DNA of 64,000 nucleotides from assembly GCA_963765625.1 (NCBI GenBank), contig CAVXXD010000013.1:172921-236920 (forward strand), in the 5' to 3' direction. Position numbers and translations under genes: made by a program. Each line of letters opens with the position of its first letter. The first letter of the stretch is position 1. This document shows positions 20,996-29,652 of the stretch, in pieces. The notes under the pieces were generated by a model. The model did no database searches. It was not told the DNA's origin and saw only the letters and a program-made list of their open reading frames with translations. The stretch is from an uncultured bacterium (lineage in GTDB: Bacteria > Actinomycetota > Geothermincolia > Geothermincolales > Geothermincolaceae).

Positions 20996-21083
20996 TGATG
21001 GAATAATTTTGGAGACAAGGGGGCATACTAGGAATGTTCATAAAATGTTGCGGACACTAATTGCTGAAAGAGGGAGAGGTTAA

Positions 21084-21674
21084 GTGAGAAAGCATTTCGC
21101 GCTGGTCGTTTCCCTGGTGGCTCCGGTCCTGGTCCTGGCCGCGCTGGCAGGATGCGGTGAGGGCGCGGTTAACGCGGATGATGGCTATTACGAGAACAGG
21201 GTCTATGGGATCAAAGAAGAGGTGCCCCTGAAAAACGCGGTGACCGGAGCGATAGAGTACGGGCAGTTCGGCAGCGAGATCGCCGTCGCGGAGGTCACCG
21301 TCACCAACGACATCGCTTCCCCGGAAGCGAACGCCCTCCTCCTGACGAGCGAGTATGACAACGAGGGCGATAACGCGTCAACGCCCCCCGCAAGCGGCAA
21401 CGAGTTCCTGATGATCACCTTCATGTACAGGAAGAACGGGTGTGAGGCCATACACAACGTTTTGCCGTCGGAGTTGAAGCTGGCGAACGCGAATGGTGAC
21501 AGCTACCCCTTGGTACCCACCCAGGGCCGCGGCGGGATCTACAACGCCGACATTATTCCGCCGGGGACTCAGTCATACGTCACCGCCGTCTTCGAAGTCC
21601 CGCAAAAGATGAGCGGCCTGGTGCTGACATACGAACAGAGCGGGATGGTGCCCATCAGGTTTGACGTTCGTTAA
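21084..21674 (+). CDS. Lipoprotein, DUF4352-like Ig fold
   Basis: Lipobox LAGC; PASGNEFLMI, PPGTQSYVTAVFEVP, LVLTY. Confidence 0.6.
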   Translation: MRKHFALVVSLVAPVLVLAALAGCGEGAVNADDGYYENRVYGIKEEVPLKNAVTGAIEYGQFGSEIAVAEVTVTNDIASPEANALLLTSEYDNEGDNASTPPASGNEFLMITFMYRKNGCEAIHNVLPSELKLANANGDSYPLVPTQGRGGIYNADIIPPGTQSYVTAVFEVPQKMSGLVLTYEQSGMVPIRFDVR

Positions 21675-21728
21675 TTCTGGAAAAAACATGGCTAGAGTAT
21701 TCAAAGTAACTGAAAGGAGTGATTTCGA

Positions 21729-22598
21729 ATGACCCGGACCAGGATCTTACACCGCCTGGCGGCGATGGCCATGGCCCTCTGCCTGGCAACGGCTTTCTTC
21801 TCCATCGCCGGATGCGGGAGCAAGTCCACCGTAACCGTCGCTACTACGGCGGACATCGCCCAATCGGAGATGTACGCGGAGCTGGTCGAGGAGTTCGAAA
21901 AGAACAGCGGCATGTCCGTTACGACCGAGGTCTACGACAACAGCGCCGCGGCGCTCGAGGCCGCCGCACAAGGTCAGGCCGATGCGCTCGTGGTCGGCAA
22001 GGCGGCGGTATCGGAGGAATGGGTGAACAATTACGCGCTCTCTTCCAGCGATGTCTTCTACAACGATTTCATCGTGGTCGGCCCGGAAGCGGACCCGGCG
22101 CAGATAACCGGGCTCGACTGCCCGGGCAAGTCGTGCAAAAAGATCGGCACGGCGGGAGAGGAATTCGTGGCCTGCGGGGACGGGTCGGACCTTGATGCCA
22201 AGGTGATGGGCTATTGGAAAAAGTGCGGCGTCGACCCGAACGGCCAGGCCTGGTTCACCCAGACCGGGAGCGGCGTGCCGGCCACCCTGGAGGAGGCCAG
22301 CGAGCTTCAGGCCTACACCATCTGCGACACCTCCACCTGGCTGCAGGCCAAGGATGGCCTGCGGCTGACCAAGCTGGTGGAGGGGTGCGGCATGCTCCTG
22401 AACCAGTACGTCGTGGTCGTCGTCAACCCCGACGCCTTTCCGGAAGGAGAGCCGAACGCCGCCGGCGCCGAGGATTTCGCCAAGTTCGTGCTCGGCGAGG
22501 ACGGCCAGGCAATGATCGGGGCATACCAGGAGTCGGGAGTGGTGATCTACCACCCCAACGCCACCAGGCAAGCCGAAGAACAACCGATGAACATGTAG
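21729..22598 (+). CDS. TupA-like substrate-binding lipoprotein with degenerate anion-binding motifs
   Basis: Lipobox IAGC; FYNDFIVVGPEADPA, WFTQTGSG, AYTICDTSTW, LLNQY resemble the tungstate-binding TupA family. Confidence 0.7.
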   Translation: MTRTRILHRLAAMAMALCLATAFFSIAGCGSKSTVTVATTADIAQSEMYAELVEEFEKNSGMSVTTEVYDNSAAALEAAAQGQADALVVGKAAVSEEWVNNYALSSSDVFYNDFIVVGPEADPAQITGLDCPGKSCKKIGTAGEEFVACGDGSDLDAKVMGYWKKCGVDPNGQAWFTQTGSGVPATLEEASELQAYTICDTSTWLQAKDGLRLTKLVEGCGMLLNQYVVVVVNPDAFPEGEPNAAGAEDFAKFVLGEDGQAMIGAYQESGVVIYHPNATRQAEEQPMNM

Positions 22599-22617
22599 AG
22601 TGGACTGGAGGATTGAA

Positions 22618-23013
22618 ATGAAGAAGTTTCTACTGCCGTGTCTGGCGGCGTTGCTGCTGGCGGCATTGCTGACGGGCGGCTGCGGGAAGGAGTCCGGAGG
22701 CACTGGCTCTACCGGCACCACGTCCACCGTCGCGGCCAACCCTGACGCGAAACAGGTCAGCGTGGAAGAGATCGCCAGGGACCCGCAGGCTTTTGACAGC
22801 GTGATCGTGACCACCGAAGGCAACTACGCCGTCGGTTACTGCTCCGCCTGCTTCCTCCTGAAAGACGGGGTGTACTCGGTGCGGGTGGAGGTCAGCGATA
22901 CCGCGCCCCTGCCGCCCGAATCCAAGTTGACGGCCCGCATGCAGGTGACCGGGAAGATCTACGTGGCCCAGGGTTCGCCCAACATCGTCGCGGAAAGCAT
23001 CGTTTACAAGTAA
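22618..23013 (+). CDS. Small lipoprotein, OB-fold-like, with CxxC
   Basis: MKK signal plus GGC lipobox; VSVEEIARDPQAF, EGNYAVGYCSACFLLKDG, VTGK. Confidence 0.6.
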   Translation: MKKFLLPCLAALLLAALLTGGCGKESGGTGSTGTTSTVAANPDAKQVSVEEIARDPQAFDSVIVTTEGNYAVGYCSACFLLKDGVYSVRVEVSDTAPLPPESKLTARMQVTGKIYVAQGSPNIVAESIVYK

Positions 23014-23018
23014 GAGTG

Positions 23019-23087
23019 GGGTCAGGTCTATCGTTTATTATTTCTTACCAATAACTGGTAAGAAATAATAAACGATAGACCTGACCC
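23019..23087. repeat. REP-like perfect 32-bp inverted repeat, 5-nt loop
   Basis: GGGTCAGGTCTATCGTTTATTATTTCTTACCA / ATAAC / TGGTAAGAAATAATAAACGATAGACCTGACCC. Confidence 0.88.
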
Positions 23088-23644
23088 TATAAAGTGGCGT
23101 ACTCCGCGGCGAGGTGGCGGCCGAAGTTGTCCCAGAAACTGAACTCGACCTCGCCGGTCAGGCCAAGTTCGGCGCGGGAGACCTTGACGATGTCGTAGGG
23201 GCTGGTGAAGGCCTGGCTGACCATGTCGGAAGGCTGCGGCTCCACCACGTTGAGGTAGACGTTGACTGTGCCTTCTTCTTCTTCTATGGAAGCGACCTCG
23301 ATGGAGTACCCGCCGGTCGGCTTGACCCCCTGGAAAGCGGCGATGACGATCTCGGAGCCGAGGTCCGGGGCGGGCAACGACGGTGCCTGGGAGGAGTAGG
23401 GCGGGTACATCCCGGCCAGGAAGGCGTCCCACCCGGCCTGGTCCGTCACTATCTCAAAGAAGGAAGGCGCGCTCTGCGCCCCGGTCTCCTCGTAGGCGTA
23501 GTAGTTGGAGATACCCTTCTCCAGGCGGGTGAAAGGTATCTCCCGCCCTTGGCCCTCCTCCGCCCCGCAGGAGAGGGAGGCGGGCAGCAGGGCGGCCAGC
23601 AGCAGGGCCAGGAACATCACGGACAAGGCGTTTTTCTTTTTCAC
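23087..23644 (-). CDS. Lipoprotein with PrcB C-terminal-like domain
   Basis: Lipobox LSC; VIAAFQGVKPTGGYSIEV, MVSQAFTSPYDIVKV. Confidence 0.75.
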   Translation of the reverse strand: MKKKNALSVMFLALLLAALLPASLSCGAEEGQGREIPFTRLEKGISNYYAYEETGAQSAPSFFEIVTDQAGWDAFLAGMYPPYSSQAPSLPAPDLGSEIVIAAFQGVKPTGGYSIEVASIEEEEGTVNVYLNVVEPQPSDMVSQAFTSPYDIVKVSRAELGLTGEVEFSFWDNFGRHLAAEYATL

Positions 23645-23675
23645 CCCTTCATTGTAGGGCAGGTGCCGGGGCGCC

Positions 23676-23705
23676 TTGACATAGTAAACATTTGTTTACT
23701 ATTAT
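23676..23705 (+). promoter_or_regulatory. lexA promoter with overlapping palindromic operator (putative SOS box)
   Basis: TTGACA at 23676, TATTAT at 23700; ATAGTAAACA-TT-TGTTTACTAT at 23681-23702; core AAAC-N4-GTTT resembles GAAC-N4-GTTC. Confidence 0.75.
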
Positions 23706-23744
23706 GGTCTTGAGGCTTTTTCGCGAGGTGAAAGGAGGAAGCAG

Positions 23745-24350
23745 ATGCAGGGACTGACGGAACGGCAGAGTGAAGCCCTGGAATTCATCGCCCGCATGGT
23801 GGACGAGCGGGGATACCCTCCCAGCGTACGCGAGCTCTGCGGGCACATGGGCATCTCCTCCACCCGCGGGGCCCTGCGCCATCTGGAAGCCCTGGAGAAG
23901 AAGGGCTACATCTCGCGGGAGACGGGCGCCCGCAGCGTCCGCCTGGAGAGAGGCAGCCGCTACCGCCGCTCCTACCTCCCCCTGCTGGGCGAGGTGCCGG
24001 CCGGCCCCCTCCGCTACGCCTCCGAGGAGATCGACGACTGGGTGCCGGTGCCGGCGGAGTGGGGCAAGGAAAAACGCTTCATGCTGCGGGTGATTGGCGA
24101 CAGCATGGTGGGCGACCACATCCGCGACGGCGACCTGGTGGTGGTCGACCCCCGGCTGGAGGGGGGCGAGGGCGAGATAGTGGTGGCCCTGGTAGGCGAC
24201 GAAGCCACCGTGAAGCACCTCCACCGCAAGGGGAAGCGGCTGGAGCTGCGGTCTTCCAACCCCGCCTACCCTCCCATCGTGGTGCGGGAGGGCGGGGAGG
24301 AGGTCCGCATCCTGGGACGGGTGGTTTCACTGATGCGGGACAGGGTCTAA
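23745..24350 (+). CDS. lexA: LexA repressor
   Basis: LTERQ, GYPPSVREL, VPAG cleavage site, GDSM (Ser), ATVK (Lys). Confidence 0.93.
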   Translation: MQGLTERQSEALEFIARMVDERGYPPSVRELCGHMGISSTRGALRHLEALEKKGYISRETGARSVRLERGSRYRRSYLPLLGEVPAGPLRYASEEIDDWVPVPAEWGKEKRFMLRVIGDSMVGDHIRDGDLVVVDPRLEGGEGEIVVALVGDEATVKHLHRKGKRLELRSSNPAYPPIVVREGGEEVRILGRVVSLMRDRV

Positions 24351-24419
24351 GGCCTGAGCCTTGGGTTATAAGCCCGACGTCACGGACGTCGGAACGAATG
24401 TCACGGGAGCTGATGGGAT

Positions 24420-24674
24420 ATGATCACGCTGATCGAGGAACCGGTGGAGATGTCAGCCGTCTTCAGCCGGAAAAAGATAACACCGGTCTTCTTTGTCTGG
24501 AGGGAGCGCCGCTACCGGGTGACCCGCGTGACCGGCGCCCACCGCCGGCGTAAAGGGCAGTTCATGGAGATATATTACTCGGTGCTGGCCGGTGAAGGAG
24601 ACGACGTCTACGAACTGCGCTTCTCCACAGAGAGTATGAACTGGTCGCTGGTGCGCATCCACTCCGGGGGCTAG
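24420..24674 (+). CDS. Small conserved protein, DUF6504-like
   Basis: PVFFVWRERRYRVTRV...YELRF...WSL pattern; between lexA and dinB. Confidence 0.6.
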   Translation: MITLIEEPVEMSAVFSRKKITPVFFVWRERRYRVTRVTGAHRRRKGQFMEIYYSVLAGEGDDVYELRFSTESMNWSLVRIHSGG

Positions 24675-24678
24675 AGCC

Positions 24679-26028
24679 GTGGGCAACTTCACCATGCACG
24701 GCCTGATGCGGGCCGCCGACCAGAAGCCGGCCGCCCTGGCGGCGGAGCGGGACGGCGGGCCGGAGCAAGCCGGACAGGCCGCGGCGGCCGGTCGGCAGGA
24801 GCAGGGGCGGTGCATCCTCCACCTGGACATGGACTCTTATTTCGCCTCCGTCGAGCAACGCGACCACCCCCTCTACCGGGGCGTGCCCCTGGTGGTCTGC
24901 CACACCTCCAGCGACTTCTGCACCCACGGGGTGGTGGCCACGGCTTCCTACGAGGCGCGGCCCTTCGGCATCAAGGCGGGCATGTCGGTCTGGGAGGCGC
25001 GCTCGCGCTGCCCCGGCGTGGCCATGGTCCACGCCGACATCCCCAAGTATCTCTACAACACCCGGCGCCTGGTGCGCCTCTGCGAGACCTACTCTCCCCG
25101 CTCCGAGGTCTTCTCCATCGACGAGGTATTCCTCGACCTCACCCACCGGGTGGGCCCGGGGGAGTGGGAGGCGGCCCGGGGGCTGGCGGCGGAGCTGAAG
25201 AGACGGATCCGCGACGAGCTGGGCTTAACCTGCTCGGTGGGCCTGGGGCCCAACAAACTGGTGGCCAAGATGGCCGCGGAGTTCGAAAAGCCGGACGGCC
25301 TGACGATCATCCGGCCGGACCAGCTTCCCACCATCCTCGCCCCTCTGGCGGTGAACAAGCTGGTGGGGGTGGGGCCGCGCATGCTCAAGCATATGCGCGC
25401 CCTGGGCATCGAGCGCGTCGGCGACCTGGCCCGCACCCCGGTGCAGGTGCTCCAGAAACGCTTTGGGGTCATGGGCCGCCTCCTCCACCTGGCCGCCCGG
25501 GGCATCGACTACAGCCCGGTGGGCGGGCAGACCGAGGACGACCTGGTCAAGTCCTTCGGCCACAGCCTCTCGCTCCGCGGGGGCACCGACGACGTCGAGG
25601 TGATGGCCAACACGCTGCTCGGCCTAGCCGAGGCGGTCACCCGCCGCATGCGGCGTGACGGCTATCTCGGCCGCACCGTCTGCCTGCGCCTGCGCATCGG
25701 CTACGGCCGGGGCTGCACGCGCTCCGTAACCTTGAAGGACTACACCGCCCTGCCCCGCCCCATCTTCCAGGCGGCGCGCGCCTTGCTGGAGCGGGAAGCC
25801 GCTACCGGCACCTGGGAAGAGAACATCACCACCGTGGGCCTCTCCGTCTCGAGCCTGCAGAAGCGCTCCGAGGGGTGCCAGCTATCCATCTGGGGCTGGC
25901 TGGACCCCCGCGAGGAAAAGCTCTTCCACGCCCTGGACGGGATACGGGACAAGTACGGGGAAGGGATAGTGACGCGTGCCTCCCTGCTGGGTACCTTCGA
26001 AGTGTCGGGCATGAACCTGGCGCGCTGA
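24679..26028 (+). CDS. dinB: Y-family DNA polymerase IV
   Basis: HLDMDSYFASVEQ, ASYEAR, SIDEVFLD, NKLVAKMA, KPDG; C-terminal QLSI and DGIRDKYG. Confidence 0.9.
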   Translation: MGNFTMHGLMRAADQKPAALAAERDGGPEQAGQAAAAGRQEQGRCILHLDMDSYFASVEQRDHPLYRGVPLVVCHTSSDFCTHGVVATASYEARPFGIKAGMSVWEARSRCPGVAMVHADIPKYLYNTRRLVRLCETYSPRSEVFSIDEVFLDLTHRVGPGEWEAARGLAAELKRRIRDELGLTCSVGLGPNKLVAKMAAEFEKPDGLTIIRPDQLPTILAPLAVNKLVGVGPRMLKHMRALGIERVGDLARTPVQVLQKRFGVMGRLLHLAARGIDYSPVGGQTEDDLVKSFGHSLSLRGGTDDVEVMANTLLGLAEAVTRRMRRDGYLGRTVCLRLRIGYGRGCTRSVTLKDYTALPRPIFQAARALLEREAATGTWEENITTVGLSVSSLQKRSEGCQLSIWGWLDPREEKLFHALDGIRDKYGEGIVTRASLLGTFEVSGMNLAR

Positions 26029-26032
26029 GCCG

Positions 26033-26881
26033 TTACTGCAGCCTGATCACTTCCACGTCCACGCTGCCGCCCTGAACGCGCACCTTCAGGCAGTGGTAGT
26101 AGCCGCCCATGGCCTCGTTGAGGTGGAGCTGGGAGCCCGCCCCGCCGGTGACCAGGATGCGCGGGTCGGCCGGCTGATAGACGAGGTAGGCGTGCAGGTG
26201 GCCGCAGAACGCCGTGTCCACCCCGTAGCGCCGCCAGACCTCCTCGGCCCGCTCGGAGGTGTCGCGCGCCCCCTCCCAGTCATCGTACTCGGCCGAGAGG
26301 TCGGGCGGAGCCCCGGGAGGGATGTGGGCAAAGACGAACTTCAGGCGGGAGGCGGTAGCGGCGAGGTCCTCCTCCATCCAAGCCAGCTCATCCTCCGGGT
26401 AGCCGTTCAGGGAGTCGGAGCCGTCCAACAGTACGAAGTGGGAGTTGCCGTAGTCGAAGGAACTCCACAGGGGGCCGAAATATTTCGAGAAAATAGTGCC
26501 CGAGGGATCGCGGTAGCGGTCGTTGTCCCCCCGGATGGCGTAATACGTTATCCCCGCCGACTGCAGGTAGTCGTAGACCTTCTTCAACTCCGCGTCGCTG
26601 CCCGAAGCGGTCAGGTCGCCCACTATTATCAGGAAGTCGGCTTCCCCGGCTATCCCCACGATCTGCTCCAGCTGCGGGCTCACCCCGTTAGGGTCCCCGC
26701 AGACCACGAAGGTGAAATCCGTCTGGTCAGCGTCCTGATTCTCCCCCTCATCGCCGCCGCCGGTGCCGCTCGTACCGCAGGAGGAGAGGGACAGGATCAG
26801 GACGAGCAGGGCCGCCGGCAGAACCGCCGCCGGCGCCGTGCCGTGGAAACGAGCCCTCTTCTTTCTCTTCAGACCATCCAT
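26033..26881 (-). CDS. Calcineurin-like metallophosphoesterase lipoprotein
   Basis: GD, VGDLT, RGDND, FAHIP, CGHLH; lipobox LSSC. Confidence 0.82.
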   Translation of the reverse strand: MDGLKRKKRARFHGTAPAAVLPAALLVLILSLSSCGTSGTGGGDEGENQDADQTDFTFVVCGDPNGVSPQLEQIVGIAGEADFLIIVGDLTASGSDAELKKVYDYLQSAGITYYAIRGDNDRYRDPSGTIFSKYFGPLWSSFDYGNSHFVLLDGSDSLNGYPEDELAWMEEDLAATASRLKFVFAHIPPGAPPDLSAEYDDWEGARDTSERAEEVWRRYGVDTAFCGHLHAYLVYQPADPRILVTGGAGSQLHLNEAMGGYYHCLKVRVQGGSVDVEVIRLQ

Positions 26882-27000
26882 GAGAACAGGTTACCACAGC
26901 CAGGCCCGTCCCTCATTGACCAGCATACAAGATTGCTAAAGTGCCGAAAAAGGTGATAGCTTAGAAGCGAAGTTCCGTTGTATCGGAAGGAGGTCTTTGC

Positions 27001-28518
27001 ATGATAACAACCGGCGAGATCCTCGCGCGTAACGCCCGGAAGTACCCGGGGCGGGAGGCACTTGTTTTCGAGGACCGGCGCTACACCTACGAGGAGTTGA
27101 ACGTAACCGTTAACCGGCTCGCCAACGCCCTCATAGACATGGGGCTGGATAAGGGTGAGAAAGTCGTACTGCTCAGCCTTAACTCCGACAGCTTCATCTT
27201 CTCCTACTTCGCCGTGATGAAAGCGGGGGGCATCGTGGTCCCCCTGAACTTCCGCCTGGCCCCGCCGGAGGCGAAGTACATGCTGGACAACTGCGACGCC
27301 CGGTTCTGCATTGTGTCGGAGGAATTCCTCCCCATGGTCCGCGAGATCCGCGACGGCCTCCCCTTGATGGAAAAGTGGATACAAGCCGACGGCCAGGCCG
27401 AAGGCGATTTCCTCTACCTCCCCGACCTCATAGCCTCAGGCAGCCCTTCCGAGCCCAGGGTGAAGGTGGACCTCTTCGACGAATCCGCCATCATCTACAC
27501 CGCCGGCACGGCCGGCCGGCCCAAGGGGGCGGTCTTCAACCACTACAGCCACCTGATGATCGCCATGGCCATGCTCTCCGAACTGGGCATGCGTGAGACC
27601 GACCGCATCCTCTACTCGGCTCCCCTCTTCGATTCCGCCGAGCTCCACCTCTTCCTCTGGCCGGGCACCCTGGTCGGAGCCACCCACGTGGTCGCCAGGA
27701 ACTTCGTCCCCGAAGAGACCCTGGGGCTCATCGAGAAGGAAAAGATCACCCAGTTCTTCGGAGCCGCCACCATGTACCTGCTGATGATGCAAGTGCCCGG
27801 CTTTGAAAAGTACGACCTCTCTTCCGTCAGGTACTGGTCCTACGGCGCCGCCCCCATGTCCCGCGAGCAGGTGCTCAAAGCCGAGGAGATGTTTAAGAGC
27901 GATAATTTCTTCTGCTTCTGCGGCCTCACCGAGGGGGGCCCGGGAGGAGTGCGCCTCCGCCCCGAAGACCAGGTCCACAAGGCGGGGACGCAGGGCCTGC
28001 CCATCATCAACTGCGAGTCCCGGGTGGTCAACGACGCCGACGAGGACGCCGCCGTGGGCGAGATGGGCGAGTGGATGGTGCGTTGCGAGAGCAACATGCT
28101 CCATTACTACAAAAACCCCGATGCCACCGCGGAGGTGTTCACGCCCGACGGCTGGCTGCGCACCGACGACCTGGCGGTGGTGGACGAGGACGGCTACGTG
28201 ACCCTGGTGGACCGCAAGAAGGAAGTAGTCGTCACCGGCGGGGAGAAAGTCTATCCGCGCGAGGTGGAGATGGCCATCCTGGAAAACGGCAAGGTGATGG
28301 ACGCCGCCGTGGTGGGGCAACCCGACGAGATCTACGGGGAGACGGTCAAGGCTTTCGTGGTGCCCATGCCGGGAGCCGAGCTTACGGCCGAGGAGATGAG
28401 CGAGTTCTGCCGGGGCAGGCTGGGCGATTTCAAGATCCCCACCGCCTGGGAATTCGTCGAAACCCTCCCCCGCAACCCCTCCGGCAAGATCCAGAAATAC
28501 ATGTTGCGCGAGTTCTAA
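27001..28518 (+). CDS. Long-chain acyl-CoA synthetase family protein (several signature substitutions)
   Basis: VPLNFRL, IYTAGTAGRPKG, YGAAPM, GLTEGG, PRNPSGKIQK. Confidence 0.85.
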   Translation: MITTGEILARNARKYPGREALVFEDRRYTYEELNVTVNRLANALIDMGLDKGEKVVLLSLNSDSFIFSYFAVMKAGGIVVPLNFRLAPPEAKYMLDNCDARFCIVSEEFLPMVREIRDGLPLMEKWIQADGQAEGDFLYLPDLIASGSPSEPRVKVDLFDESAIIYTAGTAGRPKGAVFNHYSHLMIAMAMLSELGMRETDRILYSAPLFDSAELHLFLWPGTLVGATHVVARNFVPEETLGLIEKEKITQFFGAATMYLLMMQVPGFEKYDLSSVRYWSYGAAPMSREQVLKAEEMFKSDNFFCFCGLTEGGPGGVRLRPEDQVHKAGTQGLPIINCESRVVNDADEDAAVGEMGEWMVRCESNMLHYYKNPDATAEVFTPDGWLRTDDLAVVDEDGYVTLVDRKKEVVVTGGEKVYPREVEMAILENGKVMDAAVVGQPDEIYGETVKAFVVPMPGAELTAEEMSEFCRGRLGDFKIPTAWEFVETLPRNPSGKIQKYMLREF

Positions 28519-28624
28519 AGAGAGTTAACGGATAATCACTGCCCGGTTAGAAGCATCGCTAACCGGGCATCATGTTGGGTAAGAATAACATTGTGTGCCG
28601 GTTCATCAAGGGAAGGATGGAACT

Positions 28625-29650
28625 ATGAGAATTGCTCTCCTGACAGGCGGAGGAGATTCCTCGGCTATCAACGCCGCCATCCGGGCAGTGGTCCGTAAAT
28701 GTATCGCCGAAGGTTATGAGGTCATCGGCATCAAGCGCGGCTGGCGCGGCCTGATACAGGACGAGGTGGAGCCGCTGTTCATAGGATCCGTCTCCGGCAT
28801 CATCCAGCGGGGCGGGACCATCCTGGGGACTTCCCGCACCAACCCCTTCAACGTGGAGAGCGGGGTGGAGAACATCATGGTCAACCTGCGCAAGCACGGC
28901 ATCGACGCCGTCATCGCCATCGGCGGCGATGACACCAACACCGTGGCCCACCGCCTGGCCGGGTACGGGGTAAGGTGCGTGGGCATCCCCCAGACCATCG
29001 ACAACGATCTGCCGGGCACCGAATATGCCATCGGCTTCGACACCGCCGTGTCCGTGGCCTGCGACGCCCTGGACAAACTGCACACCACTGCCTCGTCCCA
29101 CCACCGCATCATGGTACTGGAAGTTATGGGGCGTGACGCCGGCTGGATAGCCCTCATCGCCGGCATCGCCGGGGGGGCTGACAACATCCTCATCCCCGAG
29201 GTGCCCTTCACCATCGAAGAAGTGATCGAGCGCATCGAGAAGAGGAAGGGCAGGAACAAGGACTTCAGTATCATCGTAGTCTCGGAAGGCGCCAAGCCTC
29301 AGGGCATGGACGACCAGGTGGTGCGGAGCCAGAAAAAAGACCCCTTCGGCCACGTGCGCCTGGGGGGCATCGGGTCCTGGCTGGCGGACGAGATCGAGGA
29401 GCGTACCGGTTACGAGACCCGCGTCACCCACCTTGGCCACCTGCAAAGGGGCGGCATGCCCACCGTCTTCGACCGGGTGCTGGCTACGCGGCTGGGCGCC
29501 TTCGCCGTGGACATGGTCAAGCATGAGACTTTCGATCACATGGCCTGCCTGCGCTCCAACCAGCCGGAAGCGGTGCCTTATGAGGAAGCGCTGGCGGGTG
29601 TCAAACAGGTTGACATGCCGCTTTATGAGCTTGCCAAGCTGTTCTCCTGA
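28625..29650 (+). CDS. pfkA: 6-phosphofructokinase family protein
   Basis: LTGGGD, GGTILGTSR, TIDND, EVMGR, LGHLQRGG. Confidence 0.9.
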   Translation: MRIALLTGGGDSSAINAAIRAVVRKCIAEGYEVIGIKRGWRGLIQDEVEPLFIGSVSGIIQRGGTILGTSRTNPFNVESGVENIMVNLRKHGIDAVIAIGGDDTNTVAHRLAGYGVRCVGIPQTIDNDLPGTEYAIGFDTAVSVACDALDKLHTTASSHHRIMVLEVMGRDAGWIALIAGIAGGADNILIPEVPFTIEEVIERIEKRKGRNKDFSIIVVSEGAKPQGMDDQVVRSQKKDPFGHVRLGGIGSWLADEIEERTGYETRVTHLGHLQRGGMPTVFDRVLATRLGAFAVDMVKHETFDHMACLRSNQPEAVPYEEALAGVKQVDMPLYELAKLFS

Positions 29651-29652
29651 GG

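Noticed and set aside
24351-24419. Second SOS box or structured RNA between lexA and the small ORF
   Set aside because: Short hairpins and GAAC-N4-GTCA are weak matches that could be chance
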